Source: a virus (lineage: Duplodnaviria > Caudoviricetes). Taken from it: a stretch of DNA of 64,000 nt. The notes beneath the pieces were generated by a model. It had not been told where the DNA came from, searched no databases, and worked only from the letters and a program-made list of their open reading frames with translations. Shown here piece by piece: positions 30,201 through 39,543 of the stretch. The stretch is from positions 32,001 through 96,000 of the IMG/VR virus record IMGVR_UViG_3300014043_000503; one strand, written 5' to 3'. Both the position numbers and the translations under genes were made by a program. Positions within the stretch are counted from its first letter, which is position 1. Every line of letters starts with the position of its first letter.

Positions 30201-32995
30201 AGCTCGAAAGCCTTATCGAGACGCTGAAGAACATCGTTGACGGGTTCATAAACGTCGGCAGGGTCGCTCTCTGGGCCTATGAGAAGTTTAACAGCATCAA
30301 GATATTCGGAAACGGTCTGGTGGATTTCCTTATCAAGTTCCAGCTGTATATGACGGCCATTGGTTCTACGCTCAGGCTTGTCCTCTCACCACTTAATATC
30401 TTCAGCGGATTCAACTTCGGTGGAGGTATGGGCGCTGCTGGTGCTGTTTCAAGCATAGGCAGAATAATGGCTTCTTCTAAGCCCAGGGTAATTGCCAATG
30501 CGATTGGGCAAAGAGTGTATAATACTGAGAATGATGGCCTTGCTCCAATTACTACTGTATATAACTCAGGAAGTTATAAAAGGCCGTACTCTCGTGGATG
30601 GTACTCACCACTTGGGCAAATGCCCGTTGTTCTTGGCCCTATTGGTGCGAGAAATCTTAGGGACGAACAACAAGCATTAGCTACAATAAGCCCGATACAG
30701 CAACGAATGGCCATGTATCAGAGGTCGCGTAGCTATATGACAAGGGGGATGACAAAAAAACAGAAAGCACTTCAATATGCGTCAATAGACAGGCAGGTTG
30801 CCGCAATGCGTTCGCAAATCGCATCAGCAAGAACGGCAGCATATAATGAAACGCTTGCTTATGGCATAATGTCAAATGCATTCCCGCTTCTTTATCGTAG
30901 GACATCTCCAGTTATTCATGGAAGAACGACGGTGCCTTTTGCTTATAACAGAGAGATGAGACCTATGCCATTCTATCAGTATGCAAAAAATGCATCTGCA
31001 ATCAAATATGGAGGCGCCCCTATAGCAGAATATGCAGGTGAATATAGAAAAAGAGCCGGTATGTATGCGACTATGGCATTATCCGGAAAAAACTATAAAA
31101 AGCACGCTGAGCATATGAGGCTTGCTGAAATGTATAGAAAGGCAGCGCAACAAGCGGAATGGATGCAAATACAAGAAAGAAAAGCAGCTTTAGAAAGAAT
31201 GAAAAAAGCTGCAATGGCTTCAAGAAGACCTCAGCAGCTTCTTGATTCTGAATTAATTTCTGCGTTCATTATGAGCAGAGGGTTTAAGAGAAGCAAGGGG
31301 TTGATTGGCGAATCTTTGAGGGCTAATTTTAGAGCTGGCAGGGCTATGGGTGCTTTCAGGGGCTTAGGAGGCATCAAGAACAGTCTTATTTCAAGTTTGA
31401 CAACTGGATTCATGGGGTTGTCAAAGGCTATGGGGCTTGTGCTCAGTCCTATTGGTTTGGCTACAGCTGCTATCACAACCCTTGGAGCGGGCGCTTACTA
31501 CCTTTACAAAAAAGAGAAAGAAGGTAGAGAGGGAGCGCAAAGAACTATGAACCATTTAAAAAAGGTTCAGGAGCTAACCAATAGCAGGAATGGTGGTGGT
31601 GATTTATCATCGCTTCCAGAATCATCTCCGCTTCATGTTGGCGTAGCTTGGGTAAATAGAAATAAGAACGTTATTAGTCAAAGTTCCATAAAGGGAAATT
31701 CATTATTAAAAAATAATCCGTATTTTAGAGATGTTGTTGATCCTGACAGGGGTGTTCTTGCAAATAGCAAAAGATATAGGGCCTACAGAAAAGAATTATA
31801 CGATAAATACATTGCAAATGGATGGAATGTATATGGTGACAACATAATAGATGAATCGACATTTAATAACGGAAATACATGGTATAAATCCCTCCAAGGA
31901 GCATCTATGCTTCAGGGATCAAATTCCAATCGCGTAAGAGCTTGGGAAAAATATATATCAAATCAAGCAGCGAGAATTTCTGCCATAAAAGATGTCGGTG
32001 AGCGCAATAAGGCTTGGGGAGAACTTGAAAAAAGAGTCAATGAGGTTTCAGAAAAATACAAGTTGCAAGCCCAAAATCTGCAATCCGTTATTGTCTTACA
32101 AGAAAAATATGGAGGTAATTTAAAGAACATAGGTCAAGCTGCAATTCTAAACACTTCAGAATATAGGATAGCAGAGGCTAAAGCTATTGCTAACCTTATG
32201 ACGAATATGGGTAACAATGCAGTCGGTCATTTTATTGCTTCTCACGTTCTTGATGCTGGAATTAAAGACAAAACTGGAGCAGCTATAAGGGCGTTAATTA
32301 GTGATATGCCCATTGGAGTTGCAAATGATTTTGGCCAATCATATAAAACAAATTTATCATTTGATAAGAGTGGCAATATTGATTGGAAAAAGTTACAAGA
32401 GACACTTGAAAAGAATGGTATTGATTTTAAGCTTACTGTAGATAATAAAATATCTGTCTTGTCTTCTTTATTAGCACAAATTAAGGGGAATCCTTATTAT
32501 GCTAAGGTAACTGAATATCTACAAAAGATATTGAATGCTCAATTAGCAGTTACGGAAGCTGAAAACACCCTTAAAAGACTGAATAGCGTTGATTTCTGGA
32601 GAGGTTTGTTTGACGGTATTATCGACGGGCCGAATCCAGTCAGAGAAATGCAGCGAAATACAGAAAGCAAAGTCAAAGAGGATGTTAAAAAGTGGAATAG
32701 TGATGATGGCGGATATATACGCCGTCCAAGAATGTTTAGAAGTCCGTTTGCCGATTATGCTAATAAAGCCTCTTACTCGACAACTGAAAGCATGGGCAAT
32801 AATAAATATATAACAAATGCGAGCTATGGTAAAGGCTATAACACCAGGCAGAATGTTGTTGTTAATGTTGGCGGCATTACAGTCAATAATGATGCTGACA
32901 TAAATGAAATTGAAGAGAGAATTGAAAGAGGGGTTGTTACTGCAATGAGGGCAGTGATGACCGACCAAAGCAATGATTCAATCTACAATATCTAA
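27212..32995 (+). CDS. tape measure protein
   Basis: 1927 aa; TP901-type core (TKFTGKEAADA..MAMAG, GIQGSMAGT); hydrophobic segment ending near 31500. Confidence 0.85.
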   Translation: MADRVYSVRYDIVAEAGKAIETFNSLQNPLYNLKRNSQKLSSSLMTTVERLNTLKETLDKISSTSRNIEISVTFDIASFNRNLKEMELNARASANRIRGTFESVFKDTHGDYMKKQSLLGTPIEQGVSSGDKELRKRLKKENKTMQSLIGKMREARKQADIYTIAKRNLAGNVSEKDAISSISSIWKGFGKTSLASLKKKIREGVYDTTVLLDKAEKDLWRSLNAGALAPLENGSFLNLVDVARDNTDKIFKAIEERRKSNIANIASVQKEQKDIAKNTKPLMGSQKVVPGQPFLSEISTNPREIAKISEAYTKMLRNISKIGNKNISVNVRGNYRSHMESLAEFAKTMPLLKSRTVKVNVNVSGLSKTSLSKIKELSGITDKKVPVSLTLSYKNARDQVPRTLGVLQRIIAERGGVKVPLTIDRTKVGGQLNSLVRNLRTLIAENRLTIPVNLQSLDMKKPKNVPTINVKAKVTGLTSAVREANKAFQERVRNMKNSPALKIPIQLKWGDKENNMRAQIKRMQSSIPALKVSVDLTLAKAQIDDLAAYIQRKGIINMGAMSGPKSQGPFRNYRPGSGESFAAGAVGGGRRGSGGGDSGGRVYGGGGEGSNFLTRLRRFAYPLTGNLSYGASSPMALQMFKDMPVMMGVGGAIGAVTNGIGQAFEYQDTMRVARSILERSYKGNNFEKDYRNMEMTARNVARNTKFTGKEAADAVRFMAMAGLDIPKINSSIKPIADIALIGRNNLGDIADIMTNVQTTYKIPADKMERMADAMANTFTKTNVDMMMIAESLKYAGGIAQLTGTSLGDSLAMIGIMGNNGIQGSMAGTSTRMMMQNMIRPNKGQAAMWKSLGISTTDEHGFVKDPIKLLGELKGYVDKKYGSKEYMELGKGEEFKNKALGTLVSNMFRVTSTAGVAALLRDYDKLVELSESNKSSSINGLSSRLSGFQQNEVKGLVAKVSSSLQEQILQIIEKNTGWIKQKLIEANEWMSSPETKSKLESLIETLKNIVDGFINVGRVALWAYEKFNSIKIFGNGLVDFLIKFQLYMTAIGSTLRLVLSPLNIFSGFNFGGGMGAAGAVSSIGRIMASSKPRVIANAIGQRVYNTENDGLAPITTVYNSGSYKRPYSRGWYSPLGQMPVVLGPIGARNLRDEQQALATISPIQQRMAMYQRSRSYMTRGMTKKQKALQYASIDRQVAAMRSQIASARTAAYNETLAYGIMSNAFPLLYRRTSPVIHGRTTVPFAYNREMRPMPFYQYAKNASAIKYGGAPIAEYAGEYRKRAGMYATMALSGKNYKKHAEHMRLAEMYRKAAQQAEWMQIQERKAALERMKKAAMASRRPQQLLDSELISAFIMSRGFKRSKGLIGESLRANFRAGRAMGAFRGLGGIKNSLISSLTTGFMGLSKAMGLVLSPIGLATAAITTLGAGAYYLYKKEKEGREGAQRTMNHLKKVQELTNSRNGGGDLSSLPESSPLHVGVAWVNRNKNVISQSSIKGNSLLKNNPYFRDVVDPDRGVLANSKRYRAYRKELYDKYIANGWNVYGDNIIDESTFNNGNTWYKSLQGASMLQGSNSNRVRAWEKYISNQAARISAIKDVGERNKAWGELEKRVNEVSEKYKLQAQNLQSVIVLQEKYGGNLKNIGQAAILNTSEYRIAEAKAIANLMTNMGNNAVGHFIASHVLDAGIKDKTGAAIRALISDMPIGVANDFGQSYKTNLSFDKSGNIDWKKLQETLEKNGIDFKLTVDNKISVLSSLLAQIKGNPYYAKVTEYLQKILNAQLAVTEAENTLKRLNSVDFWRGLFDGIIDGPNPVREMQRNTESKVKEDVKKWNSDDGGYIRRPRMFRSPFADYANKASYSTTESMGNNKYITNASYGKGYNTRQNVVVNVGGITVNNDADINEIEERIERGVVTAMRAVMTDQSNDSIYNI

Positions 32996-33000
32996 AAGTA

Positions 33001-33025
33001 AGGCTGGCGAAATACGTCAGCCTTA
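33001..33025. terminator. probable bidirectional terminator
   Basis: AGGCTGGCG-AAATA-CGTCAGCCT between convergent genes. Confidence 0.65.
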
Positions 33026-33032
33026 TTATTTG

Positions 33033-33269
33033 TCATTCTATTTCAACCCATGCAGTATCGACTCTTAACGGTGAATCTTCAGGAAGAGTAGATAGGTCAA
33101 AGTCACCATTATTGTTATTTGTCATCTCTTTTACTTTTTCCAAATGATCAAATGTTCGTTTTACACCTTCTTTGGCTCTCACTTCTCCTTTATATAGAAA
33201 ATGCCCCACAATACAGGCTAAAACAAAGAAAAAGGAAATCGCTAAAGCCAAAATAGTATTCTTTTTCAT
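33033..33269 (-). CDS. membrane-anchored tape-measure-mimic protein (moron)
   Basis: N-terminal TM helix then 30/51 identical residues to TMP segment 31502-31654; own TATATTTG promoter at 33294-33301. Confidence 0.8.
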   Translation of the reverse strand: MKKNTILALAISFFFVLACIVGHFLYKGEVRAKEGVKRTFDHLEKVKEMTNNNNGDFDLSTLPEDSPLRVDTAWVEIE

Positions 33270-33419
33270 ATCTTTCAGGTTTTAAGTTTTCGGCAAATAT
33301 ATTTCGAAATATCAGAATTTCCAAAAAGAAAGCGAAAATTTTGTATTCTTTCACAACTTAAAACGATTTTGCCCTTCCCAAAACTTTCTTTTTGTTTATT
33401 TTTTCTTTTAGAAATAAAC

Positions 33420-34058
33420 AACTGCTGGGGACAGCTGGAGAGCAGCATTCCCTTACCCGCAAATGTTGGTTTGCGGTTTGAAGGGATATTATGACTTACT
33501 CTCCGAGGTCGTTACAACTGCAGTACGACGAGCCTTGTATGAGCGCAACATTTGCAGCCGTCTTTTTAGGTTACTGGATTCACCATCAGACTGTCACTAC
33601 TTACACAAATTGGACTGTGCATTTGCGTCGCAGGTTCATTCAGGAGTCCTTTCCTGTGAGTTCCACCACCCCGCTCATCTTGCAAGTTTCCGGCCTGCAA
33701 GCCCTTCCCGTGGTGCCGCCTTTACTAACTCTTCTTCCCTGGCGGTCTCGCTCGCTCCCGGTGGCGCTGAATACCCGTCGGTTTCCCTCTCCGCTTTCAA
33801 AACCTTACTCCTGCCTTTTGAAACCCGTTCAAATACAGTTTCGGTTTATCCATCCCTCAGATTGGTACTCATTAGCGAGCCAGTCGTCTATCGGATCCCA
33901 GCTTGCCATCGCTTTACAGTTGCGGAGTAATCTCGACGCAAAAGGCAGGCCCCGGCCTTCCCCGATGTTTGTGAGTGGAGCTTACTATCAGACGACGGAG
34001 TTCACACCACTAAGGTTTTCTTGAGAACAAAGGCTAACCGTTATGAACCTTGATTTTT
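33420..34058 (-). ncRNA. large structured ncRNA (ROOL/GOLLD-sized, family unassigned)
   Basis: CTATTAT promoter motif at 34063-34069 (minus); GC-elevated island with several long-range 7-11 bp complementarities and many local hairpins; no credible ORF. Confidence 0.65.
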
Positions 34059-34180
34059 TTGCATAATAGTAGCCTTGTCTTTCAAATCTTGCAGCATTGG
34101 CCTTGATTTATATTTTATTAACAAGGTTTGAAAATAAATGCCATTGCCAAACATGACTATTATTTAAAAAAATTGAAGTA

Positions 34181-35266
34181 ATGGCAAAATCAGGATTCAT
34201 AAAGCTGACGGACGACGTGCTTCAGAGCGGAGCAAGCTCAGCCATCAGCGCAACGGCCTCCATCGGCATAGACTGGCTGAACACTCAGTTTGGCAGCGGA
34301 TTCAGGAGTAGCGGCACGAAGTTCTACTGGAATAAGGACATGCACGGCGGGATACTTGACGTCGTGGTGAGCAGTGCGTTTACGACCATGAGCGGCATGC
34401 TGAAAGACTATGCCCTGGAACAGTATAAGAACCTGATAGGGCTGAACAAGAAAGGCAATGTCAATGGAACCAACGAGGCTGTAAAAATCATCAGCGATAA
34501 CTTCAAGACCCCGACTGACCAGGTTAAAGGGAGCGAATACGGCATTGTCTCGATAGGTGACGGCAAGACTATCTCTGCTCTTGATTGTTATGGAAACAGA
34601 TGTGTCGATGCCATCATGCTGAAAATACCCCTGAAGACACCTATCAACATTACAAGGAAGATTGCAAGAAGCAACGGAGACAGTTCTGCCGGAAGCTATA
34701 AGGAAACAATATCCAGCAAATACCTCGTCTGGTATGACTGCACGGCCATCGTAGCCCCCAACAGCAAGAAGAACATCCTCGTTACGAAGGTGAGCGGAAG
34801 GGACTACAGCCGAAAGGAATTTATCTCGAACGGTGACATAGAGTTCTCAGTCTCTGGCAGGCTCAACAGCAACATTGCCGACGTGTATCCTGAGAACGAG
34901 GTGAAGAAGTTCAAGCACATCATGGACTACAAGGGGCTGATAGAGGTGAACAACCAGGTTCTCAATACGCTGGGCGTGGAGAAGATATTGGTTCTGGACT
35001 GGGACATCAGCCCCCAGAAGGGATATAAGAACATGCTGGAGTATTCCTTTCACGGCATAGGCATCATGCCGTCCGTGGAGGTCAAGGCTTCAGAGGACAC
35101 CGTTACCTTCATCAACTCTGCCATTGCATCCGGTTCTTCTGAAAGGACAGGCTGGAGTGCCCTTCTCAGCAACAAGCTTGAGGGCTTGAAGGAGGCATCC
35201 GTAGGCATACTTGACCAGGGTGCATCCACCGCGATAGGAATACTTGACAACGACTATATACTTTAA
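34181..35266 (+). CDS. baseplate/tail tube initiator-like protein (DUF6046-like)
   Basis: KKNILVTKVSGRDYSRKEFISNGD...YPENEV motif; first gene after TMP. Confidence 0.55.
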   Translation: MAKSGFIKLTDDVLQSGASSAISATASIGIDWLNTQFGSGFRSSGTKFYWNKDMHGGILDVVVSSAFTTMSGMLKDYALEQYKNLIGLNKKGNVNGTNEAVKIISDNFKTPTDQVKGSEYGIVSIGDGKTISALDCYGNRCVDAIMLKIPLKTPINITRKIARSNGDSSAGSYKETISSKYLVWYDCTAIVAPNSKKNILVTKVSGRDYSRKEFISNGDIEFSVSGRLNSNIADVYPENEVKKFKHIMDYKGLIEVNNQVLNTLGVEKILVLDWDISPQKGYKNMLEYSFHGIGIMPSVEVKASEDTVTFINSAIASGSSERTGWSALLSNKLEGLKEASVGILDQGASTAIGILDNDYIL

Positions 35267-35269
35267 GCA

Positions 35270-36772
35270 ATGCCGGCACAGGGAGGTTTCAAGGACAACG
35301 GGATATACAGGTTCTACGGTAGTGAATACGACAAGCTCTATCTTGCGGCTTGTCAGATAAGGATATGGCTCCCGAGCGAAGAGCGCAAGATGGCTACCAC
35401 ATATACCGAAGTGACCAGCGTTGAGATTCAGACATCCTACAAGGATCCTGTCTCGACGGCAACGGTCGTATTGCCGAGGGGTTCCGTGATGAAGGTAATC
35501 AAGCAAGACAAGGATGTTGTCACAGGAAGCGGAACGGCCCTGAATGAAGAGGACAGCTACCTTGCCCATACCGAGGTGGTCACTGACGGAACCACCAAGG
35601 ACGTTACGGGAAAGGGGATCCTCAATGCAGCTCCCACGAAGGCAGACTACGGGCTTGTGAAGACCTCAGACACCAAGAGAGTAGGTGAGAATGAACTGGC
35701 CGTCGGGAACAGGATCGAGATACAATGCGGCTATGTGGAGACCGAGGAAGACCTTGAGAGGGTGAGGAACGGAGCTGACATGGTCTCTGGCATGCAGGTG
35801 CTCTTCACGGGTACTATCATCGGCTGCTCAACGACATCGCCATTCAAGCTGGAATGCGAGGGAGGGCTTGCTGTGCTGAAGAAGATCACCAGCAAGAAGC
35901 AGGTCGTGAAGGATAACCTTACTATCAAGGATCTGTTCGGTAGTGACGGACTGAACCTCCTTGCAGGCTCCGGGCTGGAAGTGTCAGAGCGTTCACTTAA
36001 CTCAGGCATAACGGTCGGAACCATCGATTTCATGGCCAGCACCACCGTCTTGGAGATTATCAAGAAGCTGAACGAGAGGGGTATCATGACATGGCTGAAC
36101 GAGGAGGGAAAGGTGGAGTTTGGCGTGAACCTCTACATGAACGGAGTGGAGGAAACCGACCCGAAATCAATAGCTTACGGAAACAAAGAAAGGCTGCTCA
36201 TCCAGTTTGACTGGCATGTGGCACAGGATAACCTTTCCGTGACGAGGGTTGAGAAGAACTACATCGCTGTCAGGGCAAAGGCCCAGGTGGATGACAGCCA
36301 CGTCATCAGCGTGCTCGCAAGGAAGGGCGACAAGGATGAATGGATATTCCAGAACGTGAGGGACGTGAAGTATAAGAAATACAAGAAGAAGGCCGGAGGA
36401 ACCACGGTCTATGAAAGGACGCAGTCAAAGGACAGCTCGCTTGACGGCTATACCATCGTAAGGTTCACCTCCACCACGGCAAAGAACATGGAGGAGCTGA
36501 AGAAGGAAGCCCTCGCCTATTGGGGCAAGGTCAACCCGAACGCAATGGAGGGAACCGTTTCCGTGTTCGGTGACTGTAACGTAAGGGTTCCGTCCGTCGT
36601 CGGCCTCGTGGATCCCAGGAATCCTGAGAAGGAGGGTTTCTATCTCGTGGAATCCGTGTCCGTTGAGTTCTCGGTCGAGTCGGGCTACAGAAGGAACGTC
36701 AAGTTCTCCCACAAGCTCGGAGGCTTTGATGACGGGACGACGTATATACCAGATAACGTAATCGGCATATGA
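35270..36772 (+). CDS. baseplate hub protein (Mu gpP/late control D-like)
   Basis: V.SVEI..S......TATV.LP, GNRIEIQCGY, LFTG.I and G.YLVESV motifs. Confidence 0.6.
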   Translation: MPAQGGFKDNGIYRFYGSEYDKLYLAACQIRIWLPSEERKMATTYTEVTSVEIQTSYKDPVSTATVVLPRGSVMKVIKQDKDVVTGSGTALNEEDSYLAHTEVVTDGTTKDVTGKGILNAAPTKADYGLVKTSDTKRVGENELAVGNRIEIQCGYVETEEDLERVRNGADMVSGMQVLFTGTIIGCSTTSPFKLECEGGLAVLKKITSKKQVVKDNLTIKDLFGSDGLNLLAGSGLEVSERSLNSGITVGTIDFMASTTVLEIIKKLNERGIMTWLNEEGKVEFGVNLYMNGVEETDPKSIAYGNKERLLIQFDWHVAQDNLSVTRVEKNYIAVRAKAQVDDSHVISVLARKGDKDEWIFQNVRDVKYKKYKKKAGGTTVYERTQSKDSSLDGYTIVRFTSTTAKNMEELKKEALAYWGKVNPNAMEGTVSVFGDCNVRVPSVVGLVDPRNPEKEGFYLVESVSVEFSVESGYRRNVKFSHKLGGFDDGTTYIPDNVIGI

Positions 36773-37614
36773 AGGAAAAATACAGGGTACTGAGAAGCGA
36801 TATCGAGGAGAACTTCAGGAAGATGATCCTCGGTAAGCTGGGCAACAAGAGGGGTCTGCCCCTTGGAAGCGAGATAGTGCACGGCTATGTGTGCGGTATC
36901 AATGATGACATGACCGTTGACGTGCAGGAGTTCGACACTGAGGAGACCGAGGACTGGGACTATCAGCCCATAGGCTTCCACAAGGGCGTGCGCCTCAACT
37001 CGACCGCTGACATGAAGGACGGCTACGTGCTCATACCCCAGATGTATTCGGAGGTGGCCATCAGCAGGGATCCCGATACGATGGAGGAGTTCATAGTAGG
37101 CTATTCAAGCATCGGCGACATAAGGCTGAAGGCAGTTGACAAGGTTGAGATATGCGTTGAGGAGGTGGAGCCTTTCAAGGAGACCAAGGAAGGTCTCGAC
37201 AAGGACTATTTCGAGCTTGAGAAGACCGGGAAGAAGGCTGGCATCAGATGTACTTCAAAGGAGGGCGGCAAGATAGAGGAGTTCGTGGACGATGGCTATA
37301 CGAGGACGGTCACTAAGGACGAGGACAAGATAGTGTTCGGCGATGTCACCATTACGAGGAAAAGCGACGGAAACATCAGCGTGGCATCGGGCAGCGCGAC
37401 CATAGAGGTCAAGAGCGACGGCACGATGGAGTTTGACGGAAATTCTAACTGGATGGTCAAGTATAACGAGCTCCAGCAGTTCCTCAACAAGCTCCTTAAC
37501 CTCATAGGAACCGGGACGGCTGGCGGCTCTCCCCTCACCACGGCACCGCAGATCATGGCGATGGCCTCAGAGATACCCAATTTCAAATCAGCTAAACTCA
37601 AACTTGGACAATAA
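36769..37614 (+). CDS. baseplate spike-like protein (gpV-like)
   Basis: OB-fold-like N-terminus (TVDV, VRL, IP..YSEV) followed by beta-rich repeats. Confidence 0.5.
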   Translation: MKEKYRVLRSDIEENFRKMILGKLGNKRGLPLGSEIVHGYVCGINDDMTVDVQEFDTEETEDWDYQPIGFHKGVRLNSTADMKDGYVLIPQMYSEVAISRDPDTMEEFIVGYSSIGDIRLKAVDKVEICVEEVEPFKETKEGLDKDYFELEKTGKKAGIRCTSKEGGKIEEFVDDGYTRTVTKDEDKIVFGDVTITRKSDGNISVASGSATIEVKSDGTMEFDGNSNWMVKYNELQQFLNKLLNLIGTGTAGGSPLTTAPQIMAMASEIPNFKSAKLKLGQ

Positions 37615-38129
37615 TGGCAGCAAACGACACCAACCTACAGGCATTCGCATTGCTTGACACCTCGCCCCAGCTTGGATTGGCCATAGCTGGTGTACTTATC
37701 GATTCAGCTACCAACACCCTCATATCACAGGGCAAGACCTCACCCTCCAGCAGCGATATTCAGCAGATGGTGGAGAACTGGACGGGGAACAGCGGCGGCC
37801 TGCAGAAGCAGTTCCTTGAAAAACTGGTGCATGACACCGAGATCAAGTTCACCTATGCAGCTAACATCATAGACGCGATTACGGCCCAGCTTGCGGCCAT
37901 CAATGCCTTGTCAGCCATCACGTCGGCCAATGCCCCTGAGGTTCTTACGCTATCTCAGGCAACTGCAAACGTTATGAAGATACAGATAAAGGCTGAGCTT
38001 AGCTGCGCCATAATAGCCCTTTCAGACGTTATCAAAAACTATATAGAGATGAACAAGGCTATACCGTCCTCAGTCTCTACCTACGTCGCAAAGGCTAACG
38101 CGGCAAAGGCAACAGTCGGACTTTCATAA
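37614..38129 (+). CDS. hypothetical helical protein
   Basis: 171-aa ORF coupled to upstream stop. Confidence 0.65.
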   Translation: MAANDTNLQAFALLDTSPQLGLAIAGVLIDSATNTLISQGKTSPSSSDIQQMVENWTGNSGGLQKQFLEKLVHDTEIKFTYAANIIDAITAQLAAINALSAITSANAPEVLTLSQATANVMKIQIKAELSCAIIALSDVIKNYIEMNKAIPSSVSTYVAKANAAKATVGLS

Positions 38130-38160
38130 ATAACGGCCATTTTTTCTATTACATATTAAG

Positions 38161-39543
38161 ATGGCAAAGGATATACTTATCGACATTGACGAGAGGGACG
38201 TGCTTGTAGGGAACGAAGGTGCGGGCACGAGGACGTTCTTTGACGTCATCTGGGGTGACATACTGGATGGCGATGACGGCAGCAAGCTCTATGCGAACGT
38301 CGTTATCCCCACCAACCACATCAATACGCTCACCCCTGGAAGCGACGGGTGCTACTACATGTACATCAAGTCCGACTACATGCCTTCGAACAGGTATTTC
38401 TACTTCAGGTTCGTCTATAGCGCCGAGGTATATAGGCCGATATCCGACTTCGACGCCAACCTCCCGAGCGAGGCCCCGGCATATTCCTACGTCTTCACCG
38501 ACGAATATGCGAGGAAGATCATGGCTTCCCAGCTGATGATGGTGAACGTTGACGGCTACTACCTGATACGCTTCTACAAGAGCGGCTACGACATATTTGA
38601 CAGGGCCTACCTGTACGACGGCCTTGAGACTGATTTCCTCTCAGGATACAGCGATGACCAGAGCGCCCAGGTGCTTGCCATCTGTGACGCGGGGAAGCAT
38701 TACCGCTACCCCACCACCGGCATCGGCATCACGGACTACATCAATTCCGTAGTCACCAACTCGGATATTGCCGGGAAGATACTTAGCCAGTATGAATCGG
38801 ACGGCGTCTCGGTAAGCGATGCGTCGTTCACATCGGCAACCGGCAGGCTTCAGGTGGAGCTTGCAGCCAAGGAACCTGACGTGGAGGCCGTTCCCCTCAT
38901 ATCCATCGACAAGCTGGACATGAGCATCATATCAGCCATGACGGACAGCTATATGAGGGCCATGAACTACATGGATACATCGAACAAGGAGCTGTTCCTC
39001 TCGCTGATGGCCGAATATGAGGAGTATATCGGACTGGTGTTCCTCAATGACAGCACCTCCACCATGCACCTGCTTACGGAGACAGTTGAGGAAGGCCAGA
39101 TACTTAACGCGGACGGTACGGCGAGCGCGTCACCGAGCTATACCGTAGTCACCGTCAGCATGGAATCGGGCGTTTTCGTGGTCTTTGACGTACCACACTA
39201 CAATTCCGACGATGAGCATCCAGTCATGTGCCTGTACGACTCATACGGTACGATGGTGTTCGCCGATACCGTGGGGGCTGACAGGAGCCTTGGGAACGAA
39301 TACATGCAATGCGCCTACATAGCCAAGCCGTGCATCATGAAATACTGCATACTCACTGAAGACTATGAGGCCGGACACGGCATCTTCCAGCTTGAGGATA
39401 CCTGGGACAACTACAAGAACATCGCCATCATCCCGGTGGATTCGATTACCGGAGATGTGAGCGGACTGATATACGTCGGCTCCAACATAACCGACATCGT
39501 AGAGAACGTGAACAGTGGTGAAATCATAACGAACCGAGTCTAA
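38161..39543 (+). CDS. structural protein with possible gp25-like baseplate wedge segment
   Basis: MAKDILID start and G..YRYPTTGIGITDYINS motif; CTATTAC upstream. Confidence 0.5.
   Translation: MAKDILIDIDERDVLVGNEGAGTRTFFDVIWGDILDGDDGSKLYANVVIPTNHINTLTPGSDGCYYMYIKSDYMPSNRYFYFRFVYSAEVYRPISDFDANLPSEAPAYSYVFTDEYARKIMASQLMMVNVDGYYLIRFYKSGYDIFDRAYLYDGLETDFLSGYSDDQSAQVLAICDAGKHYRYPTTGIGITDYINSVVTNSDIAGKILSQYESDGVSVSDASFTSATGRLQVELAAKEPDVEAVPLISIDKLDMSIISAMTDSYMRAMNYMDTSNKELFLSLMAEYEEYIGLVFLNDSTSTMHLLTETVEEGQILNADGTASASPSYTVVTVSMESGVFVVFDVPHYNSDDEHPVMCLYDSYGTMVFADTVGADRSLGNEYMQCAYIAKPCIMKYCILTEDYEAGHGIFQLEDTWDNYKNIAIIPVDSITGDVSGLIYVGSNITDIVENVNSGEIITNRV

Noticed and set aside
30639-31460. CTATTGG matches inside the TMP as extra shufflon sites
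   Set aside because: They lack the RAC extension and have no associated cassette
33463-34024. Plus-strand ORFs of 155 and 177 aa
   Set aside because: Two overlapping frames with atypical composition, no A-rich leader or promoter; better explained as the antisense of a structured RNA
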